Shown here: positions 9,204-18,912 of the stretch, one piece after another
How positions within the stretch are numbered: position 1 is the stretch's first letter
How the letters are laid out: each line of letters starts with the position of its first letter
Source of the DNA: Vicinamibacteria bacterium
GTDB taxonomy: Bacteria; Acidobacteriota; Vicinamibacteria; Marinacidobacterales; Marinacidobacteraceae
DNA length: 64,000 nt
Assembly (NCBI GenBank): GCA_963422395.1
Contig: OY729431.1
Span: 224,001-288,000, forward strand
Direction of reading: 5' to 3'
The notes under the pieces: generated by a model
Told to the model about the DNA's origin: nothing
The model's input: only the letters and a program-made list of their open reading frames with translations
The model's database searches: none
Translations under genes and position numbers: made by a program

Positions 9204-10576
9204 TCAGCAGCCGTCGGAAAGCCGCTCCATCGCCGCCGCGAAGCTTTTCGCCGCCGCGGCGCGGTCTCGGTGTTCGCCGCCCATCACCCGCCAGTCACCA
9301 TGGACCATGACGCGCTCGATGGGCAGGCGATAGCCCGAGAATATCAGTGCGTCGAGCAGGGTGGAGGGGTCGTGCCCCACCAGCATCGGGTCTTCGTCGT
9401 CGAGCGTCACGAGGTCGGCGGGGGCGCCTGGATGGAGCCCGTCCGCTGTCTGGCCGCTCGCCTGGGCGCCGCCGGAAAGAGCGCACCGGAACAGTTCCTG
9501 CCCCACCTGAGGTTCCCCGAAGGAAGTCACATTGCGGGACCGTGAACGGAGGCGTTGCCCGTATTCGAGCCAGCGCAGCTCCTCGAAGGGGTCGATCGTC
9601 ACCTGACTGTCCGAGCCGATCGCGATCCGCCCGCCGCCCCCGAGAAAGCTCCGGAGCGGAAAGAGGCCGTCGCCCAGATTCGCCTCGGTGCTCGGACAAA
9701 GACACACCACCGCCCCCGAGCGGGCGAGGTCGTCGGTTTCCCCGCGGTCCAGGTGGGTGGCGTGGACGAGGCACCAGTGCCGGTCCACCTCGAAGTCGTC
9801 GAGCAGCCAGCGGACCGGCCGCCGCCCGTGCATGGCAATGCAGTCGTCCACCTCGCGCTGCTGTTCGGCGATGTGGAGATGGATCGGCGCGCTCCGTTCG
9901 ACGGCGCGGTCCACGATCCTTCTGAGCGACGGCTCGGAAACCGCGCGCAGGCTGTGCGCCCCGATGCCGACTGCTGTCCGACCGTCAGCCGCACCCGCGG
10001 CGCTTTCCTGATGGGCGAGAAAGGTCTCGATGTCCATCGCGAACCGCCGCTGACCGCCTTCGGGGGCGGCGCCGTCGAATCCGGCGCGCTCGTAGAGCAC
10101 CGGGACATAGAACAGCCGGATGCGGCGTCGCGGGCGGCGCGGCGGAGCGCTCCGAACATGGCGTCCGGATCGGGGGCGCCGGCGGCGTCCGAAAACAGGT
10201 AGTGGAACTCGACGACCGAGGTGTAACCGCTCGCGAGCATCTCCACGAACGCCTGCCGGGCGATGGCGGCGAGGCTCTCCGCGTCGAGTCGGCCGGCGAG
10301 GGCGTACATCCGTTCGCGCCAGCTCCAGAACGAATCCCCGCCTGCCGGCGACCGGCGTTCCGTTCTGCCGACCAGCGCGCGCTGGAACGCATGGCTGTGG
10401 GCGTTCCCGAGGCCGGGAATCACGATTCCTGCGAGGAGATCGACGGGCGGGGCCAGCGGAGGCGAGGGCGGGGAGCGCACCGAGACCTCGGCGATCTTCC
10501 CTTCCTGGACGACCAGCAGCACATCGTCCGCCCATCCCTGCGGCAGCAGGGCGCGCCGCGCCAGAATCCGGGTCAC
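9204..10576 (-). pseudogene. hutF: Formimidoylglutamate deiminase, frameshifted (true lesion or sequencing error)
   Basis: N-half (NAHSHAFQRAL, SFWSWRERMY, EFHY) and C-half (HSLRAV, HIAEQQREV, CPSTEANLGDG, IGSDS) are in different frames; a 1-nt loss near 10123 (GCC-GC-ATC instead of GCC-GGC-ATC, i.e. DAGIRL). Confidence 0.9.
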
Positions 10577-10653
10577 CGATTTCTCCACCGGGACCCGGTG
10601 CACGGTAGGGGCTGGTATTTCCGGCAGCGAAGAAGCAGGATCGGGCAGCGTTC

Positions 10654-12153
10654 ATGGACCCTTGGGAGCTGCTGCTGATCGACGCCCGCGTCGCGACGAT
10701 GTGCTCCGGGCGTCCCGGCGCCCCCGCCTACGGAGCGATTTCGGACGGGGCGCTGGCGATCCGGGACGGGGTGATCGCCTGGGTGGGGTCGAGATCCCGG
10801 TTGCCGGCGAACGGAGCCGCGGAAATTCGTTCGCTCGAGGGACGCTGGCTCACTCCGGCGCTGGTGGATTGCCACACCCACCTGATCTTCGCCGGGGACC
10901 GCGGCGCGGAGTTCGAACGGCGGATCGGGGGGGCGAGCTACGAGGCGATCGCCGCTTCGGGCGGCGGCATCATGGCCACGGTTCGGGCCACCCGGGCGGC
11001 CTCCGCAGAGGAGCTCCACCGAGGCGCGCTCGACCGCCTGCGGGCGATGGCGGCTGCCGGGGCCGCGACCGTCGAGATCAAGTCGGGTTACGGCCTCGAC
11101 CTCGAAACCGAGATTCGGATGCTGGAGGCGGCACGCCGCCTCGGCCGAACCTCCGGACTCACGGTACGAACGACGCTCCTCGCCGCCCACGCGGTCCCGC
11201 CCGAGTTTCAGGGCCGGCCCGATCGCTACCTCGATTTCGTGGCCGGGGAACTGATGCCGCGGGTGGCCGCCGCCGGTCTGGCGGACGCGGTGGACGCCTA
11301 TTGCGAGCGGATCGCGTTCCATGCCCCGCAGATCGCCGGGCTCTTTCGGCGCGCCCAGGCGCTGCGTCTGCCGGTCAAACTGCACGCCGACCAGCTCGGC
11401 GACGGGGGCGGCGCAGCGCTCGCGGCCCGTTTCGGCGCGCTGTCCGCCGATCATCTCGAGTACACCTCCGCCGCCGGAGCCGCCGCTCTCGCCGAGGCCG
11501 GCACGGTGGCGGTGCTGCTTCCCGGCGCCTGCCTGACCCTCGACGAATCCCGCCGTCCGCCGGTCGGCGAGCTGCGCCGGCGAGGGGCGAAGGTGGCAAT
11601 CGCCACCGATTGCAATCCCGGAACCTCGCCGCTCACCTCGCTGCCGGAAGCGATGGCGCTCGGCAGCCGCCTCTTCGGCTTGACCCCCGAGGAGTGCCTG
11701 GCAGCGGTGACGCGCCATGCCGCCTGCGCGCTGGGGCTCGGCGGCGATCGCGGCACGCTCGAAGTGGGGAAACGCGCCGACATCGCGATCTGGGACATCG
11801 CCCATCCGCGCGACCTGTCGTACTGGCTGGGATGTTCACCGCTCGCCGGTCTGCTGGTCGCCGGTCGGGACCATCCCTGGGTTCGGAAGACTGGGAACAC
11901 GGCAGGGAAGACGACCGGAGATCGGGGCACTCAACCGGGGGAGGCCCGCGAGAGCGCCTGCCGGCAGCGCGCCGCGTCTTCTCCCCGTCCGTTTTCGGCG
12001 AGGACTTCGCAGGCGTCTTCGAGCGCGGGCCGGACGATGGCCGAGAGTTCCTCGCCGGCTTCGATCATCGCCTCCCAGCCGCGCACCGCTTCCCCGAGAT
12101 GGAGCAGTCCTTCGCGCTCGCCGAGGCGGTGGAGTGCACGTCCGAGCCGGTAG
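10654..12153 (+). CDS. hutI: Imidazolonepropionase with a run-on C-terminus
   Basis: DCHTHLIFAGDR, EIKSGYGL, KLHADQL, SADHLE, ATDCNPGTSP; recognisable homology ends near 11870 but the frame stays open to 12153. Confidence 0.93.
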   Translation: MDPWELLLIDARVATMCSGRPGAPAYGAISDGALAIRDGVIAWVGSRSRLPANGAAEIRSLEGRWLTPALVDCHTHLIFAGDRGAEFERRIGGASYEAIAASGGGIMATVRATRAASAEELHRGALDRLRAMAAAGAATVEIKSGYGLDLETEIRMLEAARRLGRTSGLTVRTTLLAAHAVPPEFQGRPDRYLDFVAGELMPRVAAAGLADAVDAYCERIAFHAPQIAGLFRRAQALRLPVKLHADQLGDGGGAALAARFGALSADHLEYTSAAGAAALAEAGTVAVLLPGACLTLDESRRPPVGELRRRGAKVAIATDCNPGTSPLTSLPEAMALGSRLFGLTPEECLAAVTRHAACALGLGGDRGTLEVGKRADIAIWDIAHPRDLSYWLGCSPLAGLLVAGRDHPWVRKTGNTAGKTTGDRGTQPGEARESACRQRAASSPRPFSARTSQASSSAGRTMAESSSPASIIASQPRTASPRWSSPSRSPRRWSARPSR

Positions 12154-12902
12154 CGGATTTCCGGATCCCCCGGTGTCTGTTCGATGGCGAGCCGGTAGGG
12201 CTCGATGGCCCGCCGGAGGTCTCCGGCGTCGTCGAAGGCGACGCCGGTCCGATGATGGGCGGCTGCTCGGGAAGTGCGCCGCTCCGCGGCCGCGGACCGC
12301 GCCGCCCGCAGCGTTTTCGGGTCGCTCGCGAGCAGCGCCAGGATTTCCCGATGCTCTTTCTTCCGGGCGAGGCCGATCGCGGTCTCGCCGTTCGCCGCTG
12401 CCGCGGCCGGATCGGCGCCGGCGGCGAGGAGGAGCCGGACGGCTTCCAGCTGTCCCCGATCCACTGCGCTCAGGAGCGGAGTCGCTCCCCAGCGCGCGGC
12501 CGCGTTCACCTCGGCCCCGGCCGCGAGCAGCAGCCGCATCGTTCCGAGATGCCCCCCGAGCGCGGCCCGATGGAGCGGGGTGATTCCGTTCTGCGCGGGA
12601 TCGTCCACCGCTGCTCCCCGTTCCACCAGGAACCGGACGAAACGCTCCCGCCCGAGCACCGCCGCCACATGGAGCGCGGTCATGCCGTTCGGTGCCTTCT
12701 CGTCCACGGCGAGTCCAGCCCGGAACAGCGCTTCCATCGCCTCGAAATCACCGTCGCGCACGGCGTGCAGAGCGCCTTCGAGGCGCGGGTCGAGCCTCGC
12801 CGGCTGCCCGGCGCCCGCCGCTCCGCACAGCATCCCGAGGAGCCAAAGCGACCCGAAGCGGCAGATCCTCCTCCGCCGATCGGGGCCAGGAAGGACAGGC
12901 AT
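11931..12902 (-). CDS. Secreted ankyrin-repeat and TPR protein
   Basis: Signal-like N-terminus; ankyrin repeats GMTALHVAA, GITPLHRAA, GATPLLSAV, GETAIGLA; TPR-like C-terminus (AIEPYRLAIEQTPGDPEIRYRLG). Confidence 0.85.
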   Translation of the reverse strand: MPVLPGPDRRRRICRFGSLWLLGMLCGAAGAGQPARLDPRLEGALHAVRDGDFEAMEALFRAGLAVDEKAPNGMTALHVAAVLGRERFVRFLVERGAAVDDPAQNGITPLHRAALGGHLGTMRLLLAAGAEVNAAARWGATPLLSAVDRGQLEAVRLLLAAGADPAAAAANGETAIGLARKKEHREILALLASDPKTLRAARSAAAERRTSRAAAHHRTGVAFDDAGDLRRAIEPYRLAIEQTPGDPEIRYRLGRALHRLGEREGLLHLGEAVRGWEAMIEAGEELSAIVRPALEDACEVLAENGRGEDAARCRQALSRASPG

Positions 12903-13029
12903 CGATACGGTTCGGCGAAGCGTTCGCTCCCCGCAGCGTACCGCGTCCGCCGTGCGGTCGGGAGGGGGGCCGGAGGCGGCCCGGCGCGGAACCGAAGCGC
13001 GGCCGCAACCCGCCGGTAGAATGGGATCC

Positions 13030-13680
13030 GTGAAGGTTCGCGAGCGGGGCGCCGGGGCACGCGGCCGCCGGGATTTCCTGCGGACCTCGGGAGCGGCAGT
13101 GGCCGCAGTTGCGGCTCCGCAGGCGGTGGCGGCGAAACAGCAGTCCGGGCCCGCGCGCCAACTCGACCTGGGGCTTTTGCGAGCGGTCGCCGAAGTGGTG
13201 CTGCCTCCGGAGATCGGCGCGGGCGGCATCCGGGAGGCGCTTCGGGATTTCGTTCGATGGCTCGACGGATTCGAACCGGTAGCGGAGCTGCCGCATCCCT
13301 ATCTCTCCTCCGACGAGGTGCGGTACGGCCCGCCCGACCCGGCGCCGATGTGGGCATCGCAGCTCGAAGCGCTCGATCTGCTGGCGAACCGGCGCTATGG
13401 CGTCGGCTTCGTGTCGCTGCCGCCCGCGAGGCGGCGGAACCTCGTCGCTGCCGCCCTCGAAGGCCATGCGCCCGACGGTCGCCTTCCCGCGCCCGGCTAC
13501 GCGACGCAGGTGGCTCTCGGATTGATGGCCCGTTTCTATTCCCGCCCCCGCGCCGCCGACCTCGCCTACGGCGTCCGCATCGGGGCGGCGGCCTGCCGCG
13601 ACCTGGCTTCGGGGGCCGATCGGCCCCCGCCGCTCGACCGGGCGTCCGGCACGCCCGGGAAAGCCGTCGGGAGCAGCTGA
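13030..13680 (+). CDS. Tat-exported small subunit, gluconate-2-dehydrogenase subunit 3-like
   Basis: Twin-arginine motif GRRDFLR; ends 3 nt before the GMC flavoprotein gene; TAGAAT lies 7 nt upstream of GTG 13030 (alternative ATG 13021). Confidence 0.65.
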   Translation: MKVRERGAGARGRRDFLRTSGAAVAAVAAPQAVAAKQQSGPARQLDLGLLRAVAEVVLPPEIGAGGIREALRDFVRWLDGFEPVAELPHPYLSSDEVRYGPPDPAPMWASQLEALDLLANRRYGVGFVSLPPARRRNLVAAALEGHAPDGRLPAPGYATQVALGLMARFYSRPRAADLAYGVRIGAAACRDLASGADRPPPLDRASGTPGKAVGSS

Positions 13681-13683
13681 CTC

Positions 13684-15279
13684 ATGGCCCAGATCATCGA
13701 GACGGATGTCGCCATCCTGGGCGCTGGAATCAGCGCCGCGATGGTGGCGGAGCGGATCGCCGAGGACACCGATGCCTCGATCGCGGTGATCGAGGCTGGA
13801 AACCGGATCTTCGACTTCGAAAACCGCTTCGACACCCGCCGCCGCTTCCTCGACTACGGGGAGAACCCCTACCGAGGGGACCACATCCCCGGGCACGACT
13901 GTCGGAACATCCAGTCGCGTTCCATGTCGGTGGGCGGACTCGCCATGCACTGGGGAGGCACCACCCCCCGCTACTCCCCCGAGGATTTCCGTCTCGAGAG
14001 CCTCTTCGGGGTCGGCCGCGACTGGCCCATCGCCTACGAAGACCTCGAACCGTTCTACCAGGAGGCCGAGGAACGGATCGGAGTCGCCGGCGAACCGGGT
14101 CCGCCTGCATACGACCCGCGCTCGGGCGCCTATCCGATGGCGCCGCTCCCGACCTCCTGGAACCTGGCGCTCGCCCGGGAGTGGGCCGAAAAATCCGGGA
14201 TCCCCTACTGGCGGAACCCGGTGTCCAAGAACTCGCGCCCCTTTCGGGGCCGCCGGGAGTGCCTTCGCTGCGACACCTGCTCGATTTGCCCTACCGGGGC
14301 CAAGTACAGCCCCGACTTCACCTTCCGGAGCCTCCTCGACGCCGGACGGATCACCCTCCACGACCGCACGATGGTGCGCCGCCTCCGCGCCGGCGCCGAT
14401 TCGGACGCCATCGAGGAGGCCGAGGCATTCCACCGCGACCGGCCGGACGATCCGGTCCGGATCCGCGCCCGGCACTTCGTGCTCGCCGCCGGATACGCCT
14501 GGTCGTCCCATCTGTTGCTGCTGAGCGCCGGCGGCCGGTTCCCCGACGGCATCGCAAACCGTTCCGGAACCGTCGGGCGCTATCTCACCGGGCACCGCTG
14601 GGTGAACGCCTTCGTTTCGGTCCCGATGCGCCTCTATCCGGGGGTGTACCGCCAGGACAGCCTGCTCTCGAAGCGTTTCCAGCACCAGGACGCCGAGGCG
14701 CAGCCGGACGGCAAGTACATCCGCCACGACCTCCGCATCTGGGAGTCGGACTTCGGCCGGCGCGCACGAATCCGCGGCGGTCGCGGGGAACTCCTGCTCG
14801 GCGCCGCCGCCCTCGACGACTGGAGACGGAGGATCGGGACCGGTGCTTTGCGGATGCGCGGCTACTACGATGTGATTCCGGCGCGGGGAAGCGCCCTCAC
14901 TCTGGAGCCCGCACGGAAGAACCCCTGGGGCGACCCGCTGCCGCGCATCGATTTCGCAGACGATCCGGTGTCTGCGGAGCTTCGGGGTTACACCGAGCGA
15001 AAGATCGAGGAGCGTTTCCGGAAGATCCTTCGCGCCGGCGGCGGCGGGGAGATGCTGGACATCTCCTTCGCCTCGGACTACGACCACCCCGGCGGAGGCT
15101 GTCGGATGGGGGAGGATCCGGCGAACAGCGTCGTGGACGCCTGGGGCCGCGCCCACGACCACGAGAATCTCTGGGTCGCCGGGGCGCCGACGATCGTCTC
15201 TTCGGGCTGCAACAACGGCACCCTCACCTTTGCTGCTCTCTCGCTCCGCACTGCCGCGCACCTCGCCGCCGAAATCTGA
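13684..15279 (+). CDS. GMC-family FAD oxidoreductase
   Basis: ILGAGISA Rossmann motif, VGGLAMHWGG, CLRCDTCSICPTGAKY Fe-S motif, HPGGGCRMG, NNGTLT. Confidence 0.9.
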   Translation: MAQIIETDVAILGAGISAAMVAERIAEDTDASIAVIEAGNRIFDFENRFDTRRRFLDYGENPYRGDHIPGHDCRNIQSRSMSVGGLAMHWGGTTPRYSPEDFRLESLFGVGRDWPIAYEDLEPFYQEAEERIGVAGEPGPPAYDPRSGAYPMAPLPTSWNLALAREWAEKSGIPYWRNPVSKNSRPFRGRRECLRCDTCSICPTGAKYSPDFTFRSLLDAGRITLHDRTMVRRLRAGADSDAIEEAEAFHRDRPDDPVRIRARHFVLAAGYAWSSHLLLLSAGGRFPDGIANRSGTVGRYLTGHRWVNAFVSVPMRLYPGVYRQDSLLSKRFQHQDAEAQPDGKYIRHDLRIWESDFGRRARIRGGRGELLLGAAALDDWRRRIGTGALRMRGYYDVIPARGSALTLEPARKNPWGDPLPRIDFADDPVSAELRGYTERKIEERFRKILRAGGGGEMLDISFASDYDHPGGGCRMGEDPANSVVDAWGRAHDHENLWVAGAPTIVSSGCNNGTLTFAALSLRTAAHLAAEI

Positions 15280-15360
15280 GCGGGAAGGTTCGCCGACCGC
15301 CTTCGAGCCGCCGGCGAGTTGGGAATCCTTGGACCGGGACCATGAGAAAGGAATGCCGCC

Positions 15361-15768
15361 GTGTTCTTCACCCTGCTGATCGTCACCTTCCTCATCGCCC
15401 TCGGCGTGTCCTTCGGGACGGTGCAACTCTTCAGACGCCCCGTCGCCTCCATCCTCGGGCGGATCGTGGCTGGGGAGCTGAGCGGGGCCTGGCGCCGCTA
15501 CATCGAATTCGCCGCGTATGTGGTCGGTATCTCGGGAGGGGTCCGCATCCACGAGCTGGAGCGGTATATCTCCGCACCCCACCGGGAAGAAGAGATCCTG
15601 GTTCTCAACGCTGAGCGCTGGACGCTCGAGATCTATCGGACGGTCATTCAGACGCTGCAGGGGATCGCCTGGATGTTCCTCGTGGTCTTCGTGGTAGCGC
15701 TCCTGGCGTATGTGTTCGCCCGGGGTTTCGAACTGCGGCGCGGCGGAGGTTCGGCAGCGAGGCCCTGA
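15361..15768 (+). CDS. Small integral membrane protein, hypothetical
   Basis: 135 aa with about 3 hydrophobic helices; GC-rich codon pattern; AAGGA upstream. Confidence 0.75.
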   Translation: MFFTLLIVTFLIALGVSFGTVQLFRRPVASILGRIVAGELSGAWRRYIEFAAYVVGISGGVRIHELERYISAPHREEEILVLNAERWTLEIYRTVIQTLQGIAWMFLVVFVVALLAYVFARGFELRRGGGSAARP

Positions 15769-15885
15769 TCTGGCCGATGGATCGGACCGCTGGAGCCGGC
15801 CTGCTGGACCGGTGTCGTTGACCGGGTTCCCGATCGGGGATCGCTGATCCGGGTTGTCGATCCGGGCATACACTCGGGCCCGACC

Positions 15886-17133
15886 ATGATCCTGCCGCCG
15901 AATTCCCGCTCGTTCCTCTTCGCCGCCGCCCTCGCGGCGTTCGGTTCCGCCTGTGGCGGCGGCGAGAATCCGGATCCGGGCTCCGGGAGCGGGGCGCTGG
16001 TGCTCACGGCCGACCGGGTGTTCGATGGTCGCGGCGGCGTATTCGAGGGCTACGGAGTGGTGATCCGGGACGGTCGGATCGTTGCCGTTGCACCTGCTGC
16101 CGATCTGCCGGCGGGCGGCGAGCGGCACGCTTTTCCCGGGGGTTCGATCCTCCCCGGCTTCATCGACACCCATGTGCATCTGGGCTGGCACTTCGGGGAG
16201 GACGGGCGTCTCGCACGGGGGGCGCCCCCGGAGGTGACCGCGTTCCAGGCGGTGGAGAACGGGTTGCGGATGCTGGAAGCGGGCTTCACGACGGTGCAGA
16301 GCCTGGGGGAGCCGGTGGACGGAGCGGTGCGGGACGCCGTGGCGCGGGGAGTGGTTCCGGGCCCGCGGATCCTGACCTCGATGGGGCAGGTCTCCGCGCG
16401 TCTGGGGGGGCCTGCGGAGCTTGCGGCGGAGGTGGATCGGCTCGCCGACGCGGGGGCGGACGCGATCAAGATCTTCGCTTCGGCGAGCATTCGGGTCGGC
16501 GGAGGTCCGACGCTCTCCCGAGAAGAACTCGACGCCGCCTGCGGCGCGGCGACCGCACGGGGGCTCCGCACTCTCGTCCATGCCCACGGCCCCGAGAGTG
16601 CTTCCCGCGCCTCGCGGGCCGGCTGTACCACCATCGAACACGGTGCGCTCCTCGACCGGGAGACGCTGGAGCTGCTGGCGGCGAACGGCACCTGGTACGA
16701 CCCGAACATCTACCTCATCTTCGCCAACTACTTCGAGCACCGGGACCGTTACCTCGGCATCGGGAACTACACCGAAGAGGGCTTCGCGGCGATGGAGTCC
16801 GGACGGGTGCGGGCGATGGAAACCTTCCGCATGGCGGTCGGGATCGAAGGGCTGAAGATCGTGTTCGGCACGGATGCGGTGGCCGGCGCCCACGGCCAGA
16901 ACGCGCGCGAAGCGGTGGCGCGGGCGGAATCCGGAGGCCAGGCGCCGGGAGAAGTGATCGTGGGGATGACTTCGCGGGCCGCCGCCTCGCTCGGCCTCGA
17001 AAACGAAATCGGAACCCTCGCTGCGGGGTATGCCGCCGACCTGGTGGTGGTGGACGGCGATCCGGCGGCGGACATCGAAGCGCTCCGCCGGGTCCGGCTG
17101 GTGATGCAGGACGGCCGCCGCTACTCCCGCTGA
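15886..17133 (+). CDS. Metal-dependent amidohydrolase (Xaa-Pro dipeptidase-like), probable lipoprotein
   Basis: Lipobox-like FGSAC; PGFIDTHVH, VHAHG, TIEHG, FGTDA, GYAADLVVVDGDP. Confidence 0.88.
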   Translation: MILPPNSRSFLFAAALAAFGSACGGGENPDPGSGSGALVLTADRVFDGRGGVFEGYGVVIRDGRIVAVAPAADLPAGGERHAFPGGSILPGFIDTHVHLGWHFGEDGRLARGAPPEVTAFQAVENGLRMLEAGFTTVQSLGEPVDGAVRDAVARGVVPGPRILTSMGQVSARLGGPAELAAEVDRLADAGADAIKIFASASIRVGGGPTLSREELDAACGAATARGLRTLVHAHGPESASRASRAGCTTIEHGALLDRETLELLAANGTWYDPNIYLIFANYFEHRDRYLGIGNYTEEGFAAMESGRVRAMETFRMAVGIEGLKIVFGTDAVAGAHGQNAREAVARAESGGQAPGEVIVGMTSRAAASLGLENEIGTLAAGYAADLVVVDGDPAADIEALRRVRLVMQDGRRYSR

Positions 17134-17927
17134 GTCGGATTGCGGGAGGGGTCCGGCAGCGGTCGGCGCATCACGATCGTCGGCGTGCCGCCGCTCCACC
17201 CGACGCTGGCTTCCATCCCGTAATTCTCGGCGATCGCCGCTTCGGTGACCGCTTCGCGGGGTGGTTCTGCCGGAAGCAGCCTCCCCGCGCGCATCCAGCA
17301 GACCCGATCGGCGTAGCGGGCGGCGAGCAGCACATCGTGCAACACGACGAGCGCTCCGCCGCCGCCGTCCACGAATCGCCGGATGAAATCCATGATCCGG
17401 TGTTGATGCCGGGGGTCGAGCGCACCTACCGGTTCGTCGACGGCGAGGAGTGGAGCTTCGGACGCGAGAACCCGGGCGCAGTGGACCCGTGCGAGCTCGC
17501 CCCCCGAGAGGGTGTCTGCGGTCCGGTTCGCCAGCGGCCCGAGGTCGCAGGCTTCGAGAGCGCGTCCGACCGCTTCGGAGTCGTCTGGTCCGAGGCGTCC
17601 GAGCGCGGTGCCGTAGGCGAACCGGCCGAGAGCCACGAGATCGCGCACCCGGTTCGGCCAGGCGAGCGGCCGGCGCTGGGGGAGATAGGCGATGCGCCGC
17701 GCCCGCTCGGCCGGGGGGAGCCGCGCTGTATCGCACCCGGCGAGCTCGCTCGATCCCCCGGAGCGCGGGATGAGTCCCAGCGCCGCCCGGACGAAACTCG
17801 TCTTGCCGGCGCCGTTCGGCCCGAGGAGCGCCACGAATTCGCCGGATGCGAAGGTGAGGGAAGCTCGCCGCACGAGTTGCCGAGCTCCGGCGGCCACGCT
17901 CAGCCGCTCGGTCCGCAGCTCAGCCAT
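17121..17927 (-). CDS. Cobalamin/iron-siderophore ABC transporter ATPase (BtuD/FepC-like)
   Basis: GPNGAGKT, LSGGE, VDEP, VLHD. Confidence 0.9.
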   Translation of the reverse strand: MAELRTERLSVAAGARQLVRRASLTFASGEFVALLGPNGAGKTSFVRAALGLIPRSGGSSELAGCDTARLPPAERARRIAYLPQRRPLAWPNRVRDLVALGRFAYGTALGRLGPDDSEAVGRALEACDLGPLANRTADTLSGGELARVHCARVLASEAPLLAVDEPVGALDPRHQHRIMDFIRRFVDGGGGALVVLHDVLLAARYADRVCWMRAGRLLPAEPPREAVTEAAIAENYGMEASVGWSGGTPTIVMRRPLPDPSRNPTQRE

Positions 17928-18909
17928 GAACCGTCCGCCGCCGCGCTGCGATCCAGACGAAGACCGGCGCGCCCAGCAGAGCCGCCACTACCCCCAACTT
18001 CAACTCGGTGGCGGTGGGCGCGAGCCGGACGCCGATATCGGCGACAGCGAGGATCACTCCGGCGAGGAGAGCGGAAGGCAGCAGGCTGCGCGCCGGATCG
18101 TGGCCGAGGAGCGGCCTGGTGAGATGCGGCGCCACGATCCCGACGAACCCGATGACCCCCGCGATCGAGACGGCGGCGCCAGTGGCCAGACCGGCCCCCA
18201 GCACCACCGCCAGCCGCTGCCGCCGCAAGTGGAGCCCGAGCCCGGCCGCCGCTTCTTCGCCGAGGGTGAGCACCGATAGTCCGCGGCGGGCAGCGAACAG
18301 CAGCGCGAGCCCGGCTGCCAGAAAGGGAGCGGCGAGGAACAGGTCGGGAAAGCTCCGATTGGCGACCGAACCCAGCATCCAGTGGACCATGTCGGATAGA
18401 GAGAACGGATTGGGGGCCAGGTTGGTGAGCAACGCCATCACCGCCGCGGCGAAGCTCGAAAGTCCCACGCCGACGAGGATCAGGGTCAGCACCGAATCGG
18501 TGCGGACGGCGGCGAGTGCGATCACCACGGTGGCGGCGAGCGCTCCGAGGATGGCTGCCAGCGGCAGGATGAGGGCTCCGCGAGCCGCGAAGCCGAAGTA
18601 GAGCGCGAAGGTCGCCCCGAGCGCCGAGCACGCCGAGACCCCGAGGACGCCGGGTTCCGCGAGGGGGTTGCGGAGCAGCCCCTGGAGCGCCGCCCCGCTG
18701 GCTCCGAGCGCGGCACCGACGAAGAGCGCCGCGAGGGCCCGAGGCAGGCGGATGTCGAACACCACCGTGCGGTCGCCCGGCGAGCCGCCGCCGAAGAGCA
18801 CCGCCGCGGCGTCGCTCGGGGACAGCTCGGTAGGGCCGATGAGGCAGGCAGCGAACACCGTCGCGGCTGCGGCCGCCCCGAGGCCGAGATTCAGCCGGGT
18901 TTCACCCAT
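17920..18909 (-). CDS. FecCD/BtuC-family ABC permease
   Basis: IRLPRAL, LQGLLRNPLAEPGVLGVS, GVIGFVGIVAPH. Confidence 0.92.
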   Translation of the reverse strand: MGETRLNLGLGAAAAATVFAACLIGPTELSPSDAAAVLFGGGSPGDRTVVFDIRLPRALAALFVGAALGASGAALQGLLRNPLAEPGVLGVSACSALGATFALYFGFAARGALILPLAAILGALAATVVIALAAVRTDSVLTLILVGVGLSSFAAAVMALLTNLAPNPFSLSDMVHWMLGSVANRSFPDLFLAAPFLAAGLALLFAARRGLSVLTLGEEAAAGLGLHLRRQRLAVVLGAGLATGAAVSIAGVIGFVGIVAPHLTRPLLGHDPARSLLPSALLAGVILAVADIGVRLAPTATELKLGVVAALLGAPVFVWIAARRRTVHG

Positions 18910-18912
18910 CGG

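Noticed and set aside
12748-17736. 1662-aa minus-strand ORF
   Set aside because: Antisense shadow of four well-supported plus-strand genes; Arg/Gly/Pro-rich with no motifs, as expected in high-GC DNA.
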